In this document: positions 16,754 through 24,507 of the stretch, piece after piece | Numbering within the stretch: the stretch's first letter is position 1 | Layout: each line of letters opens with the position of its first letter | Assembly: GCA_036794585.1 (NCBI GenBank) | Contig: DAIRGH010000001.1 | Coordinates: 6,964 to 70,963 of the forward strand | From: Solirubrobacterales bacterium | GTDB taxonomy: Bacteria > Actinomycetota > Thermoleophilia > Solirubrobacterales > 70-9 | Length of the DNA: 64,000 nt | Reading direction: 5' to 3' | Program-made: the position numbers and the translations under genes | The notes under the pieces: model-generated | What the model was told of the DNA's origin: nothing | The model's database searches: none | The model's input: only the letters and a program-made list of their open reading frames with translations

Positions 16754-18217
16754 TCACACCACCCCGGGCGCAGTCGAATTCTGCTTGTCCCTGCGCCTGG
16801 TGTGCCTGGCTTCTCGTCGGGTGGCCCTCCGCGTGAGTAACCCGTCGATCCCGAAGCCCGTAAGTATCAAGTACACAAACGCCGCCGAGACTGCATAACG
16901 AGGCTCCAAGTGGGTGAACACCAAAGGTCCGACCATCGCGATCGGAACTGTGAGCAGCAGCAAGTGCGTCCGCCACCAACGACGCCACGTAGCGATCACT
17001 GTGACGATTGACGCGCCAAAAAGGGCCGGGCCGGTCAGGAACGTTAGCCCCAGGAGCAGGGCCTCGTGAGGACGCGATGCAACCGCGTTCATAGCGCTGC
17101 TCAGTCCGCCTGTTCGATAATCCTCGATGATCGTTGTTCCGTCGTACCAGTCGGTATTCCAGTAAAGGACAGACGCATGTAGGGCTCTGAGTGCGACGAC
17201 CTCTGCGTAATGAAGAGGATGAGCGGCGATGGCTGTTCGAGCTTTCCGAAAGAGATACGAGTCGTACTCCGGCGTTGCATACTTGAGATCGGGTCGTTCG
17301 GCATGCACTTGCCGTAACGTCACGGTGTCATCGAGTACAGCGTGAAACGAATTAGGCCTTTCACCGAGACCCTCCCAAAGCTGCTGCCCCACACCCACCT
17401 GCGTTGGAATGAAGTGACCAAAGGTCTCGTAGTTGCGGATCGTCCATGGAGCTAAGAGGACCAGGCTGATCAGCACCGGTACTGCTCCGAGTGGTAGAGC
17501 GCGCCTCCAGCCGACGACAGGGAGCGAGGCAACCGCAAGAAGTAATGGGATAAGTATCAGCGTTACACGAAAGTAGAGGCCGATCCCCGTTGCGATCCCA
17601 AATCCGACGAGCCAGGCCGCTGGCCGAGGTGCATCCCGCGCCTTGAGAAACAGAGCTAGCACCAAGGCGGTTCCGTAGGCAGCCCAAATATCAAGGTGGA
17701 CGATCGAGGTTAGGCCGATTAACGGTGGGAACATGGCGTACAACGCCGCCGCGATCAGAGCCGCTCGTCGCCGGGTGTACAACCGCATGGCTATCCAGAA
17801 CACCAAGAGCACCACGGCGCTGTCGAGAATTGTTTGTGTGAGTTGTAAGTACGCGTAATCTTGGTCGCCGGTCACCGCCCAGATACCGGCAAGGAGAAGT
17901 CCTAGACCGGGCATCTCAAGAATCAGCGGCCGATACCTAGGGTCGCGGTCAACGGCAGTGAGATCTACTGATTCAGGGTCAATCAAACGCTCCTCGAGGG
18001 CTGTGCGCTGCGCCAAGACTCTTGAGGCTCGCGTGTTAATCGTGAACCACTGCCCGTTGTCCACGATGTTGTGGGCCACCTCGCCGTGGACCTGAACCAG
18101 TCCGGAAACACGATCCTTATCGGCGTTGAGTGCGAAATAGCTGATCCGCAGAACTAGTGCAAGTGAGACGATGAGAACCAGCCAGCGGGACGTGGATAAG
18201 TTGGTCAAGCGTTGCAC
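16754..18217 (-). CDS. GT-C fold glycosyltransferase (ArnT/PMT_2-like)
   Basis: 487 aa with more than 10 hydrophobic segments. An early extracytoplasmic loop carries acidic residues (ADKDRVSGLVQVHGEVAHNIVDNGQWF). The genomic context is a polyprenyl-P sugar GT2 plus a flippase-like protein. Confidence 0.7.
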   Translation of the reverse strand: MQRLTNLSTSRWLVLIVSLALVLRISYFALNADKDRVSGLVQVHGEVAHNIVDNGQWFTINTRASRVLAQRTALEERLIDPESVDLTAVDRDPRYRPLILEMPGLGLLLAGIWAVTGDQDYAYLQLTQTILDSAVVLLVFWIAMRLYTRRRAALIAAALYAMFPPLIGLTSIVHLDIWAAYGTALVLALFLKARDAPRPAAWLVGFGIATGIGLYFRVTLILIPLLLAVASLPVVGWRRALPLGAVPVLISLVLLAPWTIRNYETFGHFIPTQVGVGQQLWEGLGERPNSFHAVLDDTVTLRQVHAERPDLKYATPEYDSYLFRKARTAIAAHPLHYAEVVALRALHASVLYWNTDWYDGTTIIEDYRTGGLSSAMNAVASRPHEALLLGLTFLTGPALFGASIVTVIATWRRWWRTHLLLLTVPIAMVGPLVFTHLEPRYAVSAAFVYLILTGFGIDGLLTRRATRREARHTRRRDKQNSTAPGVV

Positions 18218-18408
18218 GGGCTAATCACCGGGCGGCACGGTAAGTGAGGGGGCCCGCGCGTGCTCTGTATGGCTCATTGACTCGGGGAGATAAAAGACAC
18301 TTAGCCGGCAGCGTGCTTGGCAAGCTCGCGGCGTCCCCGGGCCGTGCTGAGCTGCCGATATTCCGTTCCGACCAGTGATCCCGGCAGGAGGAACCCGGCG
18401 GGCGCCAC

Positions 18409-19947
18409 CTAGGCGCCGCGGCCGTAGCCGTAGCCGTAGCCGTATTCTCGGCCCCGTTTCCGGGCCCGATTCGCCACTACACCGAGTACCGGCGCGTCAA
18501 GATTGCGAAGCTGATCGCGTAAGTGGATCGCATCGTCGCGAGTTGTTCGCCCGAGCTGGCCCACGACGATCACGCCGGTAACCAGCTTCATGACAGGAAT
18601 CGCGTCGGCCAGCACGGAAACTGGCGGGGTATCGACGATAACGAGCTCATACTCGCTCATCAATTCATCGATGAGCCGAGCCATCTCCTCGCTCTCCATT
18701 AGCTCAACTGGGTTCGGCGGCGTTGATCCAGCAGTGATGACGGCGAGCTTTCGCTCGGCGTCTGTCCCGTTTGTCCGTGATGCAACGGGGACGTACTGAG
18801 TCGCTGACTGGCGTGAGACCTGATGTGTGAGTAGCTCAGACAGGCCTGGCAGCGGGGCCAGATTGTGCCTTGCGGCGACTGTAGGCTGATGGAGATCAGC
18901 CTCCAGTAGCAGTGTGGACGTCCCGGCCTCGGCCGCGGTGCACGCCAGATTCCAGGCGACGGTGCTCTTGCCTTCACCCGGGCCGGGTGAGCTTACGAGC
19001 ACGCTGCGAACGTTGCGATCGACATTGAAGTAACGCAGTTTCGTGCGCAACATCCGGAACGCCTCCCCCTCAGCGAACGGTAGGTCACGCGTCCCTGCGT
19101 CATGGTGTCCGCCGAGGATCGTGCTGTCCGGGACCGTGCCGAGAACGGGGAAATCGAACGACGCCCCCAGTTCGTCCGAGTCTCGTAGGCGGCGATCGAG
19201 ACGCTGGCGCAGGAGCGCCAGGCCCAGTCCGAGGAAAAGACCGACCACCGCACCGAAGACAGTGTTGCGAAGCACCTTTGGCGACGAGCTCGAACGTGGA
19301 ACATCAGCCCTCTGCACCAGTTCTGCATTTCCGGTTTGCAATGCCTCAAGTGTCTTGAGGGCGCTGATCTGGTCCTGAAGCGTTTCGCCCTCCTGCCCGG
19401 TGCGCTCGGTAAGGGAGAGCCGAGCAAGATCCTGCTCCACGAGTTCACGAGACTCTGCCACCTTAGCCCGGTCTGCCTGGCGACGGAAGAGGATGTATTG
19501 CTCGACGAAGGTGTTAGCGAGCGTGGCAGCGAACCTGGGATCCGTATCGGTCGCCGTTACTGAAACCACGTCGGACTGACCCTCGGCCTCGACTTCGACC
19601 GCGTTGGAAACGTCTGTGCCCGTAAGCGGCCGGTCGAGAGCGTCGGCGGTCTGATCAGCGACGACATCAAGCGAAACCAGGTGGACGTTCGTAGCCGCTT
19701 CGCGAGCTGGATCAGCCGTGCCGACGAAGCTCGGCGCTCCAAAGACACGCTCGTCGAACCCTGGGTCGCGAAAGAGCAGCGAGGCGGTAGCCGAGTATTG
19801 CTTTTCCTGGAGCGAAGAAAACACAAACGCTGATGCCGTTACCAGGACGAAGCAGAGAACGATCAGGGCGATATGCCGGCGGAATGGGGCCAGAATCGAC
19901 CGTAGATCGGATCCCTCCGTCGAGTTGGATAATGCTCCCGCGTTCAT
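18409..19947 (-). CDS. polysaccharide co-polymerase / tyrosine autokinase (Wzc-like BY-kinase)
   Basis: N-terminal Wzz-like part with a TM segment (IALIVLCFVLVTASAFVF) and a long coiled region. Walker A is VLVSSPGPGEGKSTVAWNLA, Walker A'/B are LLLEADL and VIVDTPP, and the C-terminal Tyr cluster is EYGYGYGYG. Confidence 0.9.
   Translation of the reverse strand: MNAGALSNSTEGSDLRSILAPFRRHIALIVLCFVLVTASAFVFSSLQEKQYSATASLLFRDPGFDERVFGAPSFVGTADPAREAATNVHLVSLDVVADQTADALDRPLTGTDVSNAVEVEAEGQSDVVSVTATDTDPRFAATLANTFVEQYILFRRQADRAKVAESRELVEQDLARLSLTERTGQEGETLQDQISALKTLEALQTGNAELVQRADVPRSSSSPKVLRNTVFGAVVGLFLGLGLALLRQRLDRRLRDSDELGASFDFPVLGTVPDSTILGGHHDAGTRDLPFAEGEAFRMLRTKLRYFNVDRNVRSVLVSSPGPGEGKSTVAWNLACTAAEAGTSTLLLEADLHQPTVAARHNLAPLPGLSELLTHQVSRQSATQYVPVASRTNGTDAERKLAVITAGSTPPNPVELMESEEMARLIDELMSEYELVIVDTPPVSVLADAIPVMKLVTGVIVVGQLGRTTRDDAIHLRDQLRNLDAPVLGVVANRARKRGREYGYGYGYGRGA
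18421..18444. repeat. hexanucleotide microsatellite (GCCGTA)x4 encoding the BY-kinase Tyr cluster
   Basis: Read directly: gccgtagccgtagccgtagccgta. On the minus strand this gives YGYGYGYG. Confidence 0.9.
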
Positions 19948-20174
19948 TTGTGTCGATATCCCTAGTCAGATGCAGTGTGCTTCGACAGCAACTGCCCGCT
20001 TTGCCTGACCGCGCATACCTTATAGCGGCCACGAGAACAAGCGCGCCAGGTATTGCACGAATCGTGTCTACATCAGGATGCGAAACACGTCGCGAGCTCT
20101 ATCGCTCGGGGATCGACCGTTCCAAGCTCTCGTGTTCCAGTCGATCGTCAGGCAGCCATCGATCGAGTGCAAGC

Positions 20175-20567
20175 TCAGACTCCCAGGCGCGCGGCTTTGT
20201 GAAGCGCGCGGATATCGCCACTACTAACGTCGCCTTCGACAACGGCTACGTGCTGCTGGCAGCCATTGAAGGTCATCCCCACGGCGAGCTTGGATGGATT
20301 CCTGAAGTCAGCGGTAAGGGCCTTGCTTCCCTGGCTGACTCCGTTGATATACAGCTCCGCTAGCGAGCTCGACGGCCTCGTCTTCAAAACCCAGAAGAAC
20401 GCACCAGTGATCCCTGTTAGCGCCCCGGGCCACGTGATGGGCAAGCCTCGCTCAGCCTCATAGAATGTGGCGTCGTCGCCCCCGGCCCGAGCGACGAGTC
20501 TCCAGGTGGGCGCGGCTTCCGGATAGACCGACTGGGAGGGATAGAGCGTCTCCGATGGAGTTGGCAT
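20175..20567 (-). CDS. hypothetical protein resembling the C-terminal half of a LamG/concanavalin-A-like domain
   Basis: AELYINGVSQGS...KLAVGMTFNG...VVEGDVSSGDIRAL resembles the distal strands of LamG domains. GAGAGG lies ~9 nt upstream of the ATG. It is in the same reading frame as the two ORFs upstream of it. Confidence 0.45.
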   Translation of the reverse strand: MPTPSETLYPSQSVYPEAAPTWRLVARAGGDDATFYEAERGLPITWPGALTGITGAFFWVLKTRPSSSLAELYINGVSQGSKALTADFRNPSKLAVGMTFNGCQQHVAVVEGDVSSGDIRALHKAARLGV

Positions 20568-20570
20568 CGA

Positions 20571-20666
20571 CTAGTGCCTCTCTGTGAGCTCGCGCGTCTG
20601 TTCCCACAGTTGTTCCATGGAAATACGCGGCCCGTCCTCCAGGTCCTCGGGAACCAGAAGGGTCAT
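20571..20666 (-). CDS. 31-codon ORF between two in-frame TAG codons
   Basis: MTLLVPEDLEDGPRISMEQLWEQTRELTERH. GGAGG lies 7 nt upstream of the ATG. The ATG directly follows the TAG of the upstream ORF. It is too short for the ORF track and coding status is uncertain. Confidence 0.25.
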   Translation of the reverse strand: MTLLVPEDLEDGPRISMEQLWEQTRELTERH

Positions 20667-21185
20667 CTAGACGCCTCCAACTAGGACATCGTCGGTCGTG
20701 GTGGAAAACCGGTGAGCGATGCCGATGAGCGTTCGCGGTTCACCCGTCGCGAACGGTGCGTATTGAGTCTGGACGCGGTCGCTTGAACCGTGGAAGTTGG
20801 TCGAGGTCTCTACAGAGCCTCCGATCATCCCACGACCGGTACCGATCATTAGACGGCCTTGAGTGGTTCCGTCGCGACCGCTACCTGAGAGATCTGAAGC
20901 TCCGTGCCTTCCCGTTAAAGGTAGCCAGAGGCCGAGACCTTCCAGCCTTGCGATGATGCGCATCAGGTTATCGGGCCGCGTCGCGAATCCCGCCGTCCCG
21001 AGGACGACCGCTCCCAGTCCCAGCACGGCGCCGCGAACCAGCAACTCCCGCCGGCAGAGCTTCGCTTTGGGGTGGGTGTATGCCGCATCGCCGAGGCCTC
21101 GCCTCGTCACGCACCTACGATAACGTGGCTTGTTCACAGCAGGGGCGTTTGCTGCCCGGCGTGAGTCACCGCCAAAATTGATCAC
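20667..21185 (-). CDS. hypothetical exported protein resembling the N-terminal half of a LamG-like domain
   Basis: Twin-arginine-like signal (CRRELLVRGAVLGLGAVVLGTAGFA). It is followed by WLPLTGRHGASDLSGSGRDGTTQG...GGSVETSTNFHGSSDRV...EPRTLIGIAHRF, which resembles the first strands of LamG domains. The start is uncertain. Confidence 0.45.
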   Translation of the reverse strand: MINFGGDSRRAANAPAVNKPRYRRCVTRRGLGDAAYTHPKAKLCRRELLVRGAVLGLGAVVLGTAGFATRPDNLMRIIARLEGLGLWLPLTGRHGASDLSGSGRDGTTQGRLMIGTGRGMIGGSVETSTNFHGSSDRVQTQYAPFATGEPRTLIGIAHRFSTTTDDVLVGGV

Positions 21186-21288
21186 GTCGCGCTCGCGAGG
21201 GCGCCATGCACTAACTGACTCTCTACACCGGGACGCAGCGGCTGAGGCCGGCAGCCCCGACGGATATCGCTTGCCAACGAAGCGGCAT

Positions 21289-21567
21289 CTAAGCCACGGG
21301 CCGCTTTCTTGGCGCCTTCGCCGGCGTGTTGAGCTGGCGCTCGGCAGTCTTGATCATCTGGGACAGCGCCGCGGGATAATCCGGCCAGGCCGCGGCCGAG
21401 ATCTTCTTCGGCGGCTGCTCGGGCAACTCCTCAACAACCTTGCCGCGATCACTGACGGCAACCAGCACGGGTTGCACGATTACGCTCGTCAGAACGACCC
21501 TTTTCTTCTTCTTCTGCCCTGGAGTCTGGTCCGTCGAACGAGATCGGTTTTTCGACCTGGTCGTCAT
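21289..21567 (-). CDS. hypothetical small basic protein
   Basis: AAGGAG lies ~9 nt upstream of the ATG at 21567, whereas the track start at 21588 lacks an RBS. Lys/Arg-rich N-terminus (MTTRSKNRSRSTDQTPGQKKKKR). No family recognised. Confidence 0.4.
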   Translation of the reverse strand: MTTRSKNRSRSTDQTPGQKKKKRVVLTSVIVQPVLVAVSDRGKVVEELPEQPPKKISAAAWPDYPAALSQMIKTAERQLNTPAKAPRKRPVA

Positions 21568-21594
21568 TTTGGTGTCGCTCCTTTGCATCAGGGA

Positions 21595-22722
21595 TTAGGC
21601 GGCTGCGTAGGCGGGGATCACGAGGACCGTCCCCGCCGAGTCCATGACCTTGAGATATAGGGTGGGCGTCGCAGGCAAAGCCGACGCGGCGCCAGCCGCG
21701 CCGACGCTGGTCTGTTTCGCAGAACCAGAAGCCCAATGGGGAATCCCGTCCCTGCGGAGGACGAAGGCGCCACCCCCCGCCTCGATTGCGGATATCGCGC
21801 GCAGGCGGTTACGTGCCCGGATCACGCCCGATTCCGGGCGGTCAAACCCGGCGTTCATATCGTTAGCAATGAAGAACAGGCCCTCGGTTTCGATGTTGTT
21901 GGCCGCGTAGAAGTTTTGGTTGACGCCGACCGTGCCCGCTGACTTGCGATCGATGACCGCGAGGGTGTCGCCCCCCAGGCGAATCGAGCCATTCGTCAAC
22001 AGCGCCAGCTTCTCGACGTCCGCGGTGGATTGAACGACGAGCGAGGGGAACGCCCCCGTGTGGTCGCCTCGCAGATGCCAGGTCCAGGTGTTGCCGTCGA
22101 GCGGGTTGATCCACATACGAGGTCCGCCGCCGTAGCTCTCGATGTTGAGAACTTTCTGCGTCGCATTGGTCGCCCCCGGCCCGAGGCCCCCGATGAGTTT
22201 GAGCACGCCCATATCGGCGTTCGGCGTGATGTTCGCGCCGATGATTGAGAAGCGATAATCCGCGTCGTCGGTGGCGATTCCCATGTAGGGGTCTTCGTCG
22301 CCGTTGTGCTTGGCGATCACGAAGTCATGCACCGTGCCGGGGGTCGGATAGTTCGACTTGAAAGCCATGATGAAATCCCGGTTTCTAACCGCAGCAGCGA
22401 CGTCGATACCCATTCCCCATTCGCCCACCGTGTCGCCATCGGTCGTGCCGCGGAAGATCAGCACCGGCGCCTGCTCGTCGGGGTGCCCGACACCTGCTAT
22501 GTCGTGAAAGATGAAGGCCGGTTCTTCGTTCTGGCCGTGGATGATAAGAGGCTGATCCTCGGCTGGGGGCTGGATCACTAGCGGCCCGGCCATTGTCGCT
22601 CCGTCCTCCCAGAAGCTGTCGGTGTAGTCCGACAGGCGGATCTCGAGGTCTTCTAGCGCCGCCGCTGAGATCGGCGTCGACTCGTCCGGGGCATCGTGCC
22701 AGTCCTTGGGTTCAAACGCCAC
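21595..22722 (-). CDS. hypothetical protein with a phage minor-tail/tail-fibre-like N-terminus
   Basis: GTG start with a strong GGAGGAGG RBS 8 nt upstream. The N-terminus (KDWHDAPDESTPISAAALEDLEIRLSDY) resembles the motif I recall at the start of actinophage minor tail proteins. The body is Gly/Asn/Thr-rich and beta-like. The tail ends ...TPTLYLKVMDSAGTVLVIPAYAAA. Coding status is likely real, but the function is speculative. Confidence 0.55.
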   Translation of the reverse strand: MAFEPKDWHDAPDESTPISAAALEDLEIRLSDYTDSFWEDGATMAGPLVIQPPAEDQPLIIHGQNEEPAFIFHDIAGVGHPDEQAPVLIFRGTTDGDTVGEWGMGIDVAAAVRNRDFIMAFKSNYPTPGTVHDFVIAKHNGDEDPYMGIATDDADYRFSIIGANITPNADMGVLKLIGGLGPGATNATQKVLNIESYGGGPRMWINPLDGNTWTWHLRGDHTGAFPSLVVQSTADVEKLALLTNGSIRLGGDTLAVIDRKSAGTVGVNQNFYAANNIETEGLFFIANDMNAGFDRPESGVIRARNRLRAISAIEAGGGAFVLRRDGIPHWASGSAKQTSVGAAGAASALPATPTLYLKVMDSAGTVLVIPAYAAA

Positions 22723-23031
22723 GTCGAAACCTCCTCCGGTAAGGCTGTGTACTTCGTCTTACTGGCGGAGTACTGCCTGCGCACGCCCTCAATGTCGGAC
22801 GCTTGAGTCTAGGTACACGATCTGCCCATCAGCCCTTCCGACCTTATGCCGTTCCGGCGGCTCGGATGACGTTTTTCATATTATGCGCGTACGGGGGAAG
22901 CTTGAACGTCGGACCGCGGGATCGACGCGGGACTCTTGGCTAACCCCGCGGCTCTAGTCTCCGAGAGAAGACGATAGGGATCGGCGATTGCGCGACAACC
23001 CCTCTCATGAAACCCGGCCGATGAGGAGCTC

Positions 23032-24486
23032 ATGGCAGGGATGACTACGGCGAGGCAGGTCTTCCCGGCGATCGCCGTAGGGGACCTGCGTATCGGATCC
23101 GTTCTGATGTGGTGCCTGGTCGCGGCCGTGGCCGTGGCCGCAGGAGCCGGTATCGCGGACGGCGGCTTGCATCTCGCGCTGATCCTCGGGATGAGCGCCA
23201 TTGGCAGCATCCTGATCGGCGCCTTTGTCTTCGAGGGTCGGGCTCTTCTCGCGTGGATTGTCCTGGCCCCTTTGGCCTATCCATTCTTGCGTTATCCACA
23301 GGCTGGCCAAGCCCTGACCTTCGACCGTGCTTTCGTTGCCATTCTCGTGGGGGTGGTCCTATTGACCGCAATCAGGGCAGTGAGGTCAGCCGAGAGCAAA
23401 CGGTTTTTTTCGGTCCTTGTCATCTTCACGATTTTCTTCGGCCTTATGGCAGCGTTCACATCAGGCGCAACAGAGCCAGCCCTCTCATCCTGGGTAAGCA
23501 GTCTCCTGGTACCTCTGGGCGCATTTTTCGTGGCGCGTGCTTACGTGACCGAGGGCGTCGGATCGCGAGCGCTTTTGGGATCTATCGCTTTAGCTGGCGC
23601 TCTCGTCGCGATAATCGGGATCGCCGAAGCTTGGCGCGGATTTGAGCTTGCCTCATTCAGTGGAAGTGCGACCACCCTCGACCCAAATATCGGTCGCATC
23701 CGCGTATCCGGTCCGTACGAGAACTCTCAGGTCTACGGGCTGGTTCTCGCTTTGTCCTTTGCGGCCGCTCTAGGTTGGCTTCAGCTAACAACTGGCCGGG
23801 CTCGGCTTATCGGTGTTCCGCTCTTGGGAACGCTCCTCCTAGGCCTCTACTATGGATACACGCGCTCGAGTTGGGCCGCGGTAGTTCTCATCTTCCTCGT
23901 GTGGTTGCTTCTGAACGTTGACCTCAGGGTGATCGTGCGAGTCGCGCTGGTGGTGATGGCCGGCCTCACCATCTTCGTAGGCGGCAAACTCCTCACTGCC
24001 AACGACGTAGCGTTCAACGAGCGCCTGTCGAACCGCGACACTGTTGAAAGCCGCCTTGCCACATACCAAAAGGGCATGTTGCTTGTCGCGGAGGCCCCGA
24101 TCTTCGGTGTAGGAATTGGGCAGTACACTGCCGCGTCCGATAGGTCTATCCATAGTCCGACGGTCGGAGGCGATCCAGCCGCAACGTCGTCCCACAGCAC
24201 GCCCCTTAACGTATTAGTCGAGCAGGGGATCGTTGGTCTCGCCGCTCTACTGTGGGTGCTCGTGGCGGCATTCGCGCTTCTTCGGAAATCCGCAACGAGC
24301 CCAAGGAAGGAGCTACGGGTTGTGGCGGTAACAACTGTGGCCGCAACCACAGGGTACGTCGCGGTAGCGCTGACCGACAGCGTGCTCACCTACGGCTCAT
24401 CGAATGCAATGGTTATGTTGCTATTCGGCTGCACCGCAGGTCTCATGGATCGCGTACATGTCGGCGCCGCGTCAGAGAGTACCTAG
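23032..24486 (+). CDS. O-antigen polymerase/ligase family membrane protein (Wzy-like)
   Basis: About 11 hydrophobic segments and a Wzy_C-type stretch LGLYYGYTRSSWAAVVLIFLVWLLL followed by a large loop. Confidence 0.8.
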   Translation: MAGMTTARQVFPAIAVGDLRIGSVLMWCLVAAVAVAAGAGIADGGLHLALILGMSAIGSILIGAFVFEGRALLAWIVLAPLAYPFLRYPQAGQALTFDRAFVAILVGVVLLTAIRAVRSAESKRFFSVLVIFTIFFGLMAAFTSGATEPALSSWVSSLLVPLGAFFVARAYVTEGVGSRALLGSIALAGALVAIIGIAEAWRGFELASFSGSATTLDPNIGRIRVSGPYENSQVYGLVLALSFAAALGWLQLTTGRARLIGVPLLGTLLLGLYYGYTRSSWAAVVLIFLVWLLLNVDLRVIVRVALVVMAGLTIFVGGKLLTANDVAFNERLSNRDTVESRLATYQKGMLLVAEAPIFGVGIGQYTAASDRSIHSPTVGGDPAATSSHSTPLNVLVEQGIVGLAALLWVLVAAFALLRKSATSPRKELRVVAVTTVAATTGYVAVALTDSVLTYGSSNAMVMLLFGCTAGLMDRVHVGAASEST

Positions 24487-24507
24487 AGTAACCCTTGCTC
24501 CATCTTG

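Noticed and set aside
20565-20672. Interpreting the two in-frame TAG codons as pyrrolysine or another programmed recoding
   Set aside because: There are no pyl genes, no recoding signals in the window, and no precedent I know of in this kind of lineage. Both TAGs are followed by RBS-preceded ATGs, so a split gene or pseudogene is the more economical explanation. It is kept as a finding but not as recoding.
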